DNA of 64,000 bases, taken from the NCBI GenBank assembly GCA_965204545.1, contig CBDBFA010000002.1, positions 174,487 through 238,486 on the forward strand, read 5' to 3'. This DNA comes from Opitutales bacterium. GTDB lineage: Bacteria; Verrucomicrobiota; Verrucomicrobiia; Opitutales; UBA2995. Position numbers and translations under genes: made by a program. The notes under the pieces were generated by a model. The model was not told the origin of the DNA. It saw only the letters and a list, made by a program, of their open reading frames with translations, and did not search any database. The first letter of the stretch is position 1, and each line of letters opens with the position of its first letter. This document shows, in pieces, positions 1 through 9,324 of this stretch.

Positions 1-816
1 GAGTGGCTATGAGGCGGCGTAAACGCAGTCAAGCGGTGATGGAGCGAGACAAGCAACTGCTTGAGTTGATCGAGCCCATCAAAGCCGATCACCCGGCCTG
101 GGGCTATCGTCGGGTGTGGGCCTATCTGCGATACCGCAAGGGCCTGGCGGTGGGCAAGAACCGGATCTACCGCATCCTGAAGGAAAACCGGTTACTGGCG
201 CAAAATGTGCGCAAATTAAAGGCAAAACGCTGCTCTAAGGGCAGCAAACCAACCACGGACAAGCCCAATGAGCTGTGGGGCATCGACATGACCAAAATCA
301 AGGTCGAGTCCTGGGGCTGGCTGTATCTGGTGGTGGTTAAAGACTGGGGCAGTAAAAAGATCGTAGGCTGGTCCTTGTCGGTCACGAGCAAGACCAGGGA
401 CTGGCTCGATGCATTGGAAATGGCCGTGCAGCGCCAGTTTCGCGAAGGCATCCGCGAGCATGGCGCCGTCAGGTTGGTCAACGACAACGGCTGTCAACCC
501 ACCTCGGCAAACTTTATGGCGGCCTGTCGGGTGCTGGGCATCGCCCAAATCTTTACTTCCTACAACAACCCCCAAGGCAATGCCGATACCGAAAGGTTTT
601 TTCGCACCCTCAAGGAGGACCTGATCTGGCTCCATGAGTGGTTTAGCTTCGAGCAACTCCTGCAGGCGCTCAAAAATTGGATCGAAAAGTATAATGAAGA
701 TTTTCCTCACTCAGAAATAAACCACCGGACACCTCAACAGTTTGAGGACCATTTTAACCCATCAATCAGTAACAAATACTCTCTAATTGAATCTTGAATT
801 AAGTGGGGGCAGTACA
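1..816 (+). mobile_element. IS3-family insertion sequence, copy 1 (orfA end lost at window edge)
   Basis: nt 1-816 mirror 48361-49176 in reverse complement. Every six-frame ORF in the two regions is letter-identical. Ends ...AAGTGGGGGCAGTACA at 816, the same terminal repeat as copy 2. Confidence 0.9.
3..797 (+). CDS. IS3-family transposase OrfB (DDE/rve integrase core)
   Basis: 264 aa. WGIDMT...VVKDW...NDNGCQP...YNNPQGNADTERFFRTLK is the typical rve DDE core. Identical to ORF 48380-49174. Confidence 0.9.
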   Translation: MAMRRRKRSQAVMERDKQLLELIEPIKADHPAWGYRRVWAYLRYRKGLAVGKNRIYRILKENRLLAQNVRKLKAKRCSKGSKPTTDKPNELWGIDMTKIKVESWGWLYLVVVKDWGSKKIVGWSLSVTSKTRDWLDALEMAVQRQFREGIREHGAVRLVNDNGCQPTSANFMAACRVLGIAQIFTSYNNPQGNADTERFFRTLKEDLIWLHEWFSFEQLLQALKNWIEKYNEDFPHSEINHRTPQQFEDHFNPSISNKYSLIES

Positions 817-843
817 AAAATCGACAAGAATGTTCCTCCCTCT

Positions 844-1024
844 CTAGCCCGCATGTCTCACAAATTTTCTACTGCGCTCCGGTATGTCGGCACTGGTGCG
901 GACTTCGTTGGATTCGCTACTTTGCAGGGTGTCGACCCAGCTTCACCCGCTCATCTGCTCGAAACCCGCACCAGCACTCGACCTCCGTTCGCTCGCCACG
1001 AATTTTGTGGGACATGCGGGCTAG
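844..1024 (+). repeat. 181-bp palindromic MITE-like element, copy A
   Basis: Terminal inverted repeats CTAGCCCGCATGTCTCACAAA ... TTTGTGGGACATGCGGGCTAG. Central GTCGAC. TA at both ends. Homologous to copies at 2008, 10521 and 14842. Confidence 0.8.
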
Positions 1025-1124
1025 TCATACGAGTCAGAAAGGTTATACTAGCTTCTTTGACGACATTCCCCGTAACTAACTCTGAGAACAGAACGTTTCC
1101 TTTAAACAACCCCCTATTCTACTG

Positions 1125-2006
1125 ATGAAAGCTATCATTCAGAACATCCTCATTTCATTCATCTCCATAGCCCCCTTGTGCCTGCACCTTGAAGCAGCCA
1201 ATCGAGTTGCGTTGAAGACCCAGGCCTCAGAAGAATTCATAAAAGGCAAAGCCGAGGACCCGACTAAGAAAATTCAGACCTACCAATTCATGAAGGGGAA
1301 TTTCCACATGGGATTCACCAGAGACCCCAGCATGAAAGAAGTCACGTTCGAGGGCATATTGTACGACCTTGCCATGAACCTGAGAAAACAGGGTTTCTAT
1401 ATGCATAGAGACAGGAGTGAAGGAGACCTGTTAATCGTAGTTCACAGTGGAGTGACCGACGTAGAGATTTCCTACGAAGAATTTATGGGATATACCTCAG
1501 AGGAGGACATGGGGCTCACAGACGAAATCCTCAATGCAGGTGCCGGAGGTGAAGCGATAGACTTCGCAACGATCGATGCGATGAATCAACTCAACTTTAA
1601 CCTGAGCTCATCCGGAACAACCGGTTCAGCCAACCGCCAATCTCAAGCCTACAAAGCGCAACTATTGGGCTTGGAAAGAGCCTACAGTGACAAGATATCG
1701 AATCAGGAAGCGTACGACCTGAGATCCATGCTGGATGAAGAACGTTACTTCATTGTGCTGATGGCCTACGATTACCCGGCGTTCAAGAAAGGAGAAGCGA
1801 AACTCATGTGGTCCACTCGCTACAGCATTCGAACCCTTGGTCAAACCTTCGCAGAAGCAATCAAAGATATGAATGTCGTTGCCTCCGATTACTTTGGAAA
1901 GAACCTCGCCGGCATCACCCAAAAACGCGCAACCGATGATTCACGCGTCGAAATTGGCGAGATCGAGGTACTCGCAAACGATCAGGACGAGAAAGAGGAA
2001 AACTGA
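1125..2006 (+). CDS. hypothetical exported protein (signal-peptide-like N-terminus, acidic C-terminus)
   Basis: 293-aa ORF with hydrophobic leader MKAIIQNILISFISIAPLCLHLEA. No motif I recognise. Bracketed by MITE copies A and B. Confidence 0.55.
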   Translation: MKAIIQNILISFISIAPLCLHLEAANRVALKTQASEEFIKGKAEDPTKKIQTYQFMKGNFHMGFTRDPSMKEVTFEGILYDLAMNLRKQGFYMHRDRSEGDLLIVVHSGVTDVEISYEEFMGYTSEEDMGLTDEILNAGAGGEAIDFATIDAMNQLNFNLSSSGTTGSANRQSQAYKAQLLGLERAYSDKISNQEAYDLRSMLDEERYFIVLMAYDYPAFKKGEAKLMWSTRYSIRTLGQTFAEAIKDMNVVASDYFGKNLAGITQKRATDDSRVEIGEIEVLANDQDEKEEN

Positions 2007-2007
2007 A

Positions 2008-2188
2008 CTAGCCCGCATATCTCACAAAATTCGTGACGAGCGAACGGAGGTCGAGTGCTGGCGGGGGATTCGTGCAGATTCGGGGGTGAAGCCGGGTCGA
2101 CACCCTGCAAAGTCCCGAATCCAGGGAAATCCCCGCCAGTGCCGACATACCGGAGCGCAGTAGAAAATTTGTGAGATATGCGGGCTAG
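2008..2188 (-). repeat. 181-bp palindromic MITE-like element, copy B (inverted relative to A and C)
   Basis: Reverse complement matches copy C with about 4 mismatches in 181 nt by my alignment. Begins 1 nt after the stop of ORF 1125-2006. Confidence 0.8.
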
Positions 2189-2352
2189 AACTCATAATGA
2201 CTAGCGCTACACCTTTTCTACGTGCGCAGAATAACAATATTCGGAGTTGATTGAGCCATGAGGGTGCCCGTACTGCCTAAAAGCACCAGGAAGTTGAAAG
2301 CCAACTTCGCGATTAATCTCATGTGTAGTTCCTTTCCAATACAATCCGGCTC

Positions 2353-4161
2353 TCACTTCTTCCTGACATAGGCATAAAAGGCTCCGACTTCAACGCCTTC
2401 CCTGGTGGTAAAAAACGAAGACATGCAGGTCATTCCGGCTGGTAATGACAATCTGAATACGACCTCTTTGGCGCCGGGTTCGACCGGAGCCTCCACGACG
2501 TGGTCGCCAATCCGGACCGTGGCCTTGACGGCTGGAACGGCGTTCCCGGGACTTGCACGGAAGGGAATCTCACCGGGTACATCATTTCCGGGAGGAAGCG
2601 GGGCGTCGATCGCTGTATCGGCTTCCACGGGCCAACGGCGCAAACGGATTTCGTAGTCGCCGGCCTCGACCACTTTGACATTCCAGTCGCCGATCACCGC
2701 CGGATTGTCCATGGCCTCACGTACGAAGGCCTGGTTCCAGGGGATCTTGACCCTGGTGTCCTCGACCATCCAATCATGGCTGGTCAGCAGGGTTGGATTT
2801 TCGTCTGGGTGACCCAGGTGGATCGCAGGAATATTTTTGAAAGTGGGTTTCAGTTCGGCCCACCAGTCATCGTAGAAAGCTCTGAGCCGGGCCATAACTT
2901 TGGGATGCGCATCCGCCACGTTGTTCGTCTGTCCCGGGTCCTGCTTCATGTCGTAGAGTTCCTTGCCGTTTACCAGTCGCCATCGGTTGGTCATGACGGA
3001 ACTCTTCTGCCATTTGACCGGATCGATTACCCGTTGAGAGTCGGTGATCAGGATCCGGTCTGGCCAGGTGCCGTCGGCCAAACGGGCCTTACCCTCCAGT
3101 AAGGGGCGAATGCTGCGGCCGTCGAAGTTAACGCCTTTGGGTGGAGCGATCTCGCATAAATCGATCAGGGTGGGAAACAGGTCGACGTGCGCGGTGATTG
3201 GTTCAACATCCCGGCCGCCGGTGAGTCCTCCTTCAGGCCAATGGATGAAGAATGGGACTCGATGCCCTCCGTCATACTCGCTGGTCTTTCGGCCACGCAT
3301 GCCGGCGTTGAAGATTTTGTCCCCTGTCTTGGTGCCGTTGTCGGTGGTAAAAATGAAGATCGTATTGTCCGTCAGTCCTTCTTCCTCGAGAAAGCTGCGG
3401 AATCGGCCGACGTTGTAATCGATGTTGGCGATCATGCCGAGGAAGTGACCGACATAGACACCGTAATCCTTTTCGTAAGGATCCGCGAATTCCTGAGGGG
3501 CATGCATGGGCCAATGCGGGGCGTTGGTGGAGATATAAGCGAGGAAGGGTTTGCCGGTTTTTTTCTGGCCTTTGATAAAGCGCTGGGCGTAGTCGAACCA
3601 GACGTCGGTGCAGTAACCCTCAGTAGATTCGGGTTTACCATTGTGAAAGTAAGTATCGTCAAAGTAGGCGTTGTTCCAGTAATCGGACGTTTCGGCAATG
3701 GTGCCACCGCCATGGCGCAGCACCTCCTCGAAGCCGCGATCTTCCGGGCGGTAAGGATAGTTATCGCCCAGGTGCCATTTGCCGAACATGCCGGTGGCGT
3801 AGCCGGCCTCCCGAAAGACCTCGGCCAAGGTGACCGCGTCCTCCCGGAGCAGTGAGCGGCCGAAGGTGGTGTGCCAGGCACCCGTGCGGTTTGCCCAATG
3901 GCCGGTCATCAGCGCCGCGCGAGTGGGCGTGCAGGTTGGGGCCACATGGTAGTCGATTAGGCGGATTGATTCCTGGTAAAGCTCATCTAGGTGGGGTGTC
4001 TTCAGGACGGGATTGCCGTGGCAGCTCAGGTCGCCATAACCTTGGTCATCGGTGAGGATCAGAACCACATTGGGATGATTATCAGCAGCAGCCGCTTTGA
4101 CAAGCGACAGAATAGCCGCGAAAGCAATCATTGTGAGTGTTGGTATCCGCTTGATGCTCAT
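2353..4161 (-). CDS. formylglycine-dependent sulfatase (arylsulfatase-like) with C-terminal extra domain
   Basis: 602 aa. Signal peptide. LILTDDQGYGD and canonical CTPTRAALMTG motif. Confidence 0.9.
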   Translation of the reverse strand: MSIKRIPTLTMIAFAAILSLVKAAAADNHPNVVLILTDDQGYGDLSCHGNPVLKTPHLDELYQESIRLIDYHVAPTCTPTRAALMTGHWANRTGAWHTTFGRSLLREDAVTLAEVFREAGYATGMFGKWHLGDNYPYRPEDRGFEEVLRHGGGTIAETSDYWNNAYFDDTYFHNGKPESTEGYCTDVWFDYAQRFIKGQKKTGKPFLAYISTNAPHWPMHAPQEFADPYEKDYGVYVGHFLGMIANIDYNVGRFRSFLEEEGLTDNTIFIFTTDNGTKTGDKIFNAGMRGRKTSEYDGGHRVPFFIHWPEGGLTGGRDVEPITAHVDLFPTLIDLCEIAPPKGVNFDGRSIRPLLEGKARLADGTWPDRILITDSQRVIDPVKWQKSSVMTNRWRLVNGKELYDMKQDPGQTNNVADAHPKVMARLRAFYDDWWAELKPTFKNIPAIHLGHPDENPTLLTSHDWMVEDTRVKIPWNQAFVREAMDNPAVIGDWNVKVVEAGDYEIRLRRWPVEADTAIDAPLPPGNDVPGEIPFRASPGNAVPAVKATVRIGDHVVEAPVEPGAKEVVFRLSLPAGMTCMSSFFTTREGVEVGAFYAYVRKK

Positions 4162-4193
4162 AGCTTCCAGTTAAATTACATGTTAGGCAGATT

Positions 4194-5675
4194 TTAGACG
4201 GTGTCCATGTTCTGTTGGCCGCCTACCGGTAGCAGACTGGCGAGAGCACCGACTATAGCTCCAGTGAGGAAGGAGGCAGGCATCATCCACTGAAAAGTCA
4301 GGCCGAAAATATTGAAATAGGCTACGCCGACCGCCATGGCGACACTGCACAGGATAGCCACGTGAGTACCGAGGGGGGTAGCCCAGGACACGAACATTGC
4401 CAGAAAGAATAGAAGAAATAAGGGTGCTACCAAAAGAGTGCCGATCTTGTAGCAGAGCTCCAGAATGTTGCCTTCGATCTGGCCTATCAAAGAGCCGAGC
4501 AAAACCACAACTGCGCCAATAACGAGGGAGACGTATTTGGCCAACCGGACGCGGCTTTCCTCGGAACCTTTCTGCTTGGATGACAAGCGGTCAAAGAAGT
4601 CGGAGGTGATGACTGAGCAGGCTGAATTCAAACCCGACGAGAGACTGGACATGGCGGCAGCCAGCAGGCCGGCGATGACGATGCCGCTAATGCCCCTTGG
4701 CAATCCTTTTACGATGTAGATCGAGAGCAACTTATCGGCGTCATTCAGAGGTGACTGTCCGGCAGCCAGCATTTCCGGCCTTAATTGGAAATAGGCCAGA
4801 ATGGTCAGGCCCACAGCTGCCAGGAAGGGCCAGAGCAACAGGTTGCCCAACAAAGCCGTGATAAAGGTTCGGCGCGCTGCCTTGGCGTCCCGTGTAGCCA
4901 GGTATCTTTGAATGGCCATTTGATCGGATCCGGCGGTGCAGACAAACCAGGTAAAATAGGAAAGGGCCGCCCCAACAAAAGTGAACCGCACGGCAGGGTC
5001 GTACCAGAACACTGGTTTCTGCCAGTGCTCGGGCCACTCGTTTGGCCACCACGGGTCCACGCCTCCCAACTCAACCGATATGAGAATCACTATCAGGATG
5101 GCGCCACCCAGAAGAATGACCGTTTGAATCACATCGGTCAGCACGACCGCCCGGAGACCGCCCATCGAGGTGTAGAGCACGGTCACCACACCAAGGACAA
5201 CACAAATCCAGGGCACTGAGGACGAATCCAGCCCCATAACCGGCGCCAGCACGACGTCCGCCGTGGCGAATATCACCAGCGACATCCAGAACAGCCGCAG
5301 GATCAGGAAGAAGCAGGACCCCATCATGCGAACGCTCAGCCCGAGTCTGGTTTCCAGGATTTCGTAGGCGCTGGTGACGCGCAGGCGCATGATGTAGGGA
5401 ATCAAGAACCATCCGACGACCAACGCGATAAAAGGAAGGGCGACCAACTGCGCCAGGGCCATCGGCCCGTATTTGATCATCTCGCCCGGGATTCCCAGGT
5501 ACGTAACCGTGCTCAGAAGCGAGGCAAAGAGCGAGAGCCCTACCTTCCAGGGCGACATGTTTCGGCCGCCCAGGAGGTAGTCATCGGTGGTACTGGTGCG
5601 TCTTGCATAATACCAGCCTACGGCTAGCATTCCCAGCGCATACGCAAGGACAACACACCAGTCTATAAAGGCCAT
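4194..5675 (-). CDS. sodium:solute symporter (SSS/SLC5 family)
   Basis: 493 aa, polytopic. DYLLGGRNMSPW near the N-terminus is typical of SSS transporters. Confidence 0.85.
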   Translation of the reverse strand: MAFIDWCVVLAYALGMLAVGWYYARRTSTTDDYLLGGRNMSPWKVGLSLFASLLSTVTYLGIPGEMIKYGPMALAQLVALPFIALVVGWFLIPYIMRLRVTSAYEILETRLGLSVRMMGSCFFLILRLFWMSLVIFATADVVLAPVMGLDSSSVPWICVVLGVVTVLYTSMGGLRAVVLTDVIQTVILLGGAILIVILISVELGGVDPWWPNEWPEHWQKPVFWYDPAVRFTFVGAALSYFTWFVCTAGSDQMAIQRYLATRDAKAARRTFITALLGNLLLWPFLAAVGLTILAYFQLRPEMLAAGQSPLNDADKLLSIYIVKGLPRGISGIVIAGLLAAAMSSLSSGLNSACSVITSDFFDRLSSKQKGSEESRVRLAKYVSLVIGAVVVLLGSLIGQIEGNILELCYKIGTLLVAPLFLLFFLAMFVSWATPLGTHVAILCSVAMAVGVAYFNIFGLTFQWMMPASFLTGAIVGALASLLPVGGQQNMDTV

Positions 5676-5734
5676 AAAATATTGGTCTTCCGATACTTAC
5701 TTGGTTATTTAAATTCAAAAAGTAATCTTGCGAA

Positions 5735-6715
5735 CTAGAGAACACCCCAGTTCTTAAGGACATCCTTGACCTGCTCTTTGTCAGCCTCGTTGAGGTTGCA
5801 CATCGGAGATCTCATCCGTCCGCCCGGAAGGCCAATGGCATTCATTGCTTCCTTGCATACTGCCTGATAAGTGAACGTATCATTCGAAGCAACGTAGTCT
5901 GAGAGGACGTGTGGGCATGGTCCTTTTTCCTGACCGAGTTCTGAAATCAATTCATGATAAGGCGCTGTCATGTCCATGAGCCTTCTCAATTCTTCAAAGT
6001 CTTTCGCCTCGGCTGCCCGTGAGAATTTCAATGGAATCTCTGGAGCAAAGTTGCAAAGCTCAGTCACGAATGCCGGGCAATCGAAGATTACCTCAAACGG
6101 GAAGAGCATCTGTCCTGGGCCGCAAACCATGATCATGTCTTCCGGATCGAGCGCCTTCTGCATGGCATAGAACGCCAATGCGTTGGTGGTGTTTTCCTTG
6201 TTGGCAATGATGTTGTCGACCTTGGAGAGGCGCGCCATGAGAGCAGGAGGTATCCACAGTTTGCTCGTCGTCGGGTTGTTGTAGACCATGATACCGATAT
6301 CGATACTGGCGGCGATTTGTTCGAAGTGCCGACACAATTCTTCGCCGCTGCAAATATGATAATACGGAGAAACCACCATGATGCCGTCTGCACCGGCTGC
6401 CTCCGCGTGTTTGCTCATTTCGATCGTGTATCTGGTTCCGGCACGGGCTGTTCCGACTATAACGGGAAGGCGGCCATTCACTTCTTCGATGACAATTTCA
6501 GTTGTTCTTCTGCATTCGTCATCATTCATTGCGTAGAATTCGCCAGTGCTTCCGTTTACAAGAAAAACACCTTCACCCTGCATATTCTCAACGGCGTGGC
6601 GAACGTTGTGTCGCAGCGCCTTTTCATCAAGCGCTTCATTTTCATCGAAGGGCGTCATGGAGAGGTGCACGGGACCCCGTATCCGTTTTTTCAATTCTTG
6701 AGGATTCATTGGCAT
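5735..6715 (-). CDS. DapA-family class I aldolase (N-acetylneuraminate lyase-like)
   Basis: 326 aa. NGSTGEF, SPYY and a Schiff-base lysine context IIANKENT. Sits between the SSS transporter and the AGE epimerase. Confidence 0.75.
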   Translation of the reverse strand: MPMNPQELKKRIRGPVHLSMTPFDENEALDEKALRHNVRHAVENMQGEGVFLVNGSTGEFYAMNDDECRRTTEIVIEEVNGRLPVIVGTARAGTRYTIEMSKHAEAAGADGIMVVSPYYHICSGEELCRHFEQIAASIDIGIMVYNNPTTSKLWIPPALMARLSKVDNIIANKENTTNALAFYAMQKALDPEDMIMVCGPGQMLFPFEVIFDCPAFVTELCNFAPEIPLKFSRAAEAKDFEELRRLMDMTAPYHELISELGQEKGPCPHVLSDYVASNDTFTYQAVCKEAMNAIGLPGGRMRSPMCNLNEADKEQVKDVLKNWGVL

Positions 6716-6814
6716 ATGTTGCTATTTCTTTTGATATTGTGTCGAGTTCCGGCGGCTTGATCGTATTCGATGTCGGATCTAACGCCTTTGTGTAAAAAAA
6801 TTCCTTCAGCCATA

Positions 6815-8098
6815 TTAATCGGGATTCTGATTAGAGGGACTGCTCTCCGCGAGCTGCTTGAGCCTGACCAGGCATTCCATGATCGACCGCCCACTGTGAT
6901 AGAAGGCTTTCCAGGGATTGCCGATATCTCCGACCCGGACCTTGCCCTCCCTGTTGAGCAGTTGCCGCCATTCCCCAATCCGGTGGTTGATCATGTGGCG
7001 ATTGGCAAAGTCCCAGGTCTTTTGAAAAGCGGTTAGGTACTGTTCGTCGCTGAAATTCTCATACGCATCGAGATAGCCCACGAGCGCTTCGCTATTTTGC
7101 CACCATTCCTTATCTTTCACAATAGCTTCGCCTTCGTGAGATCCATCTCGAAAAACTCCGCCCAGGGTGTGGTCGAAGCCATATTTCAAGGAATGATCCA
7201 CCAGGCTTCGGGTCAGTTTCGCGTAAGGATCTTTCGGCATGCCCAGCGTCTCGATGGCCCGATGGAGAAGCCAGGCGAGTTCAACGTTGTGACCGTAGGA
7301 GGTACTGTCGACCGGACCTTCTATAACTTCCCCGGTTGCCCGCTCTGCATTCCAGGTCCTTTGGATGTCGATCGGAGGGATCGGTGTGAAATCGAGACTG
7401 AAGTGGTTCAGGCCGCATCCGGCCTTCTTATCGACCATTCTGGACAGGATGACCTCGATCACTTCTTCCAGCTTTCTGCGATGGATCTCCTTTCCGCTGG
7501 CCTTGGAGAGCGTCGTAAACGCTTCCATCAGGTGCATGTGGATATCCAAAGACTTTCGGTCCCCGCCAGCAAAGCCCGGGGCGCAAACGCTCCAGTCAGC
7601 TTCCAGGTTTTCGTAATAGCCGCCCCGATAGGTATCGGCGGCAAAGGTCTGGAGGAGATCGAAGGTCTTCTGGGCAAAGTCCAGACCCCGTGGATCGCCC
7701 GTGGACAAGGTGTACTGGGCCAGGGAATAAATGGCGAAGCTTTGTCCATAGACTAGTTTGGCCCCGTCGATCAGGTGACCGTCGCGTCTGACTTTCCAGA
7801 ACCATCCGCCCTGTTCCGAATCCCAGAAATGATCCAGCAGGAACTCGAAGCCCTGCCGGGCGGCGTCTTTGAAATCCTCCCTTTCCGGATACATCGTGAA
7901 GGCCGCCGCCATGCCCCAGACCATCCGGGTCTGGGTAACGAGCATCTTGTCGGTGTCGTCCGTCGGCTTGCCTTCAGCATCGAAGGAGGTCAGATAGCCT
8001 CCGTGCTCGCGATCGATCCCGTTTTCCAGCCAGAAACGAAGGATGCCCGTCTCCAGGTGTTCCCGCATCTGGAGACGGGTTTCTGTCATCCGGGACAT
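6815..8098 (-). CDS. N-acylglucosamine 2-epimerase (AGE/RENBP) family protein
   Basis: 427 aa. GGYLTSFD...LVTQTRMVWGMA...VYGQSFAIY...YGHNVELAWLL is the typical AGE-superfamily alpha/alpha-barrel pattern. Confidence 0.8.
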   Translation of the reverse strand: MSRMTETRLQMREHLETGILRFWLENGIDREHGGYLTSFDAEGKPTDDTDKMLVTQTRMVWGMAAAFTMYPEREDFKDAARQGFEFLLDHFWDSEQGGWFWKVRRDGHLIDGAKLVYGQSFAIYSLAQYTLSTGDPRGLDFAQKTFDLLQTFAADTYRGGYYENLEADWSVCAPGFAGGDRKSLDIHMHLMEAFTTLSKASGKEIHRRKLEEVIEVILSRMVDKKAGCGLNHFSLDFTPIPPIDIQRTWNAERATGEVIEGPVDSTSYGHNVELAWLLHRAIETLGMPKDPYAKLTRSLVDHSLKYGFDHTLGGVFRDGSHEGEAIVKDKEWWQNSEALVGYLDAYENFSDEQYLTAFQKTWDFANRHMINHRIGEWRQLLNREGKVRVGDIGNPWKAFYHSGRSIMECLVRLKQLAESSPSNQNPD

Positions 8099-8123
8099 TG
8101 CTTTACTTATGATACCTTCCCTT

Positions 8124-9299
8124 CTATGGGGTGTCGATCCACCAATGTAATACGTTGGTTTTGCTCAACTCATAGGCGTGCGAGGCCTGGATCAGGAGCT
8201 GGTTCTTGCGGTTGGGATTCAAAGCTCCGACCACGAGTCCATTGGAATAGGCCCCGAGACCGTGCTCACGCATCCGCAAAAAAACACCTTCGTCCCAGTT
8301 AAGGCCATCACTCGATGAATAGAGAACCATGTGCCCCTTTTCTTTGCCCAGACTTCCGCTCCGCCCATAGAGGAAATAGGAGCCGTTCATCCTGGTTAAC
8401 TGGGGATTCCGAATCTTTTTGGCAAAGTGGGAGGTCTCTACCTCGGACCAGGTACGGCCTCCATCGTCGCTCAGCACATAATCCATGTTGAACTCGTCGT
8501 TACGGTTGTAGATGTAGGCGACCAGGCTTCCGGATTCCAGTTGCTCCATGGTTCCGTAGGATTTGCCTTCCGTATCGAAAGGAAGTTGGCTGCGCTTCGT
8601 GAAGGACCGTCCGCCATCATTGCTGGCATACAGCTCGTAGACATGTTCCGGCTTGTTGCCCAGGAAGTTGATCTCGTTATCGTTGGCAAAAAACAGTGCG
8701 AGGATTTCTCCATCGACGTAACGTGCGTCATAGACTCTGCCCCGTTCGTTCACCACGGTGAGCGGTTCGCTCCAGGTATGACCTCGGTCCTTGCTGATGA
8801 TGTAAGTCGGGATTTGGAAACGCCTCCAGACCGTATTCGTGGTGATATTTGTGACGAGAAAGAAAAGAACCATGTCCCCGTCATCCGTCAGAATGGCTTT
8901 TTCAGCAAACGCGGAAAACTTTTCGCTTTCGGGTCCACCGTTTTGTCCCGACTCGAAGAGTTGTTTCGAATAGGTGAGGACTTCCGGATCGCTCCAGGTT
9001 TTGCCCCCGTCTTTGGAGCGTTTATATTCCATCCAACCCACGGCTGAGTGACCCTTATTGTCATTAGAACAATTCGGATAGAAGGCCAGGATCTTGCCGT
9101 CCGCATACTCGACGAGCGCGTGCCCCAAATGTCCGCTCCTACCAGCCGGCGAGTGGTCCACAAAGAGGATCCCATCATTCGGTGGATTCGGAGGGTAGAT
9201 CGTGTAGGCTTGTCCAGGCTTGTCTGCGGCGACTAGGGACAGGCAGCAGAGAGTCTGACTCATGATCAGAGCCATGGTAAAGCGAAGGTATTTATTCAT
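8124..9299 (-). CDS. BNR/Asp-box repeat exo-alpha-sialidase-like glycosidase
   Basis: Five Asp-boxes: SKDGGKTWS, SKDRGHTWS, SNDGGRSFT, SDDGGRTWS, SSSDGLNWD. Start taken at MNKYLRF (signal peptide) rather than the track start at 9350. Confidence 0.75.
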   Translation of the reverse strand: MNKYLRFTMALIMSQTLCCLSLVAADKPGQAYTIYPPNPPNDGILFVDHSPAGRSGHLGHALVEYADGKILAFYPNCSNDNKGHSAVGWMEYKRSKDGGKTWSDPEVLTYSKQLFESGQNGGPESEKFSAFAEKAILTDDGDMVLFFLVTNITTNTVWRRFQIPTYIISKDRGHTWSEPLTVVNERGRVYDARYVDGEILALFFANDNEINFLGNKPEHVYELYASNDGGRSFTKRSQLPFDTEGKSYGTMEQLESGSLVAYIYNRNDEFNMDYVLSDDGGRTWSEVETSHFAKKIRNPQLTRMNGSYFLYGRSGSLGKEKGHMVLYSSSDGLNWDEGVFLRMREHGLGAYSNGLVVGALNPNRKNQLLIQASHAYELSKTNVLHWWIDTP

Positions 9300-9324
9300 G
9301 TCGTGTAGGGGGAGGCAAAAAGGG

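Noticed and set aside
216-710. The 164-aa antisense ORF inside IS3 orfB (also at 48467-48961), apparently conserved because it appears twice
   Set aside because: It is identical only because the whole IS is duplicated. It lies antisense to the DDE transposase core and has no known family features.
787-2237. ORFs with recurring peptides such as ARISHK...STALRYVG...LQGVDPASP (787-1125, 1873-2163, 2022-2237, 10457-10743, 14792-15064)
   Set aside because: They are translations of the MITE-like repeat in different copies and orientations. Conservation is at DNA level, including both strands, and the frames are not preserved between copies.
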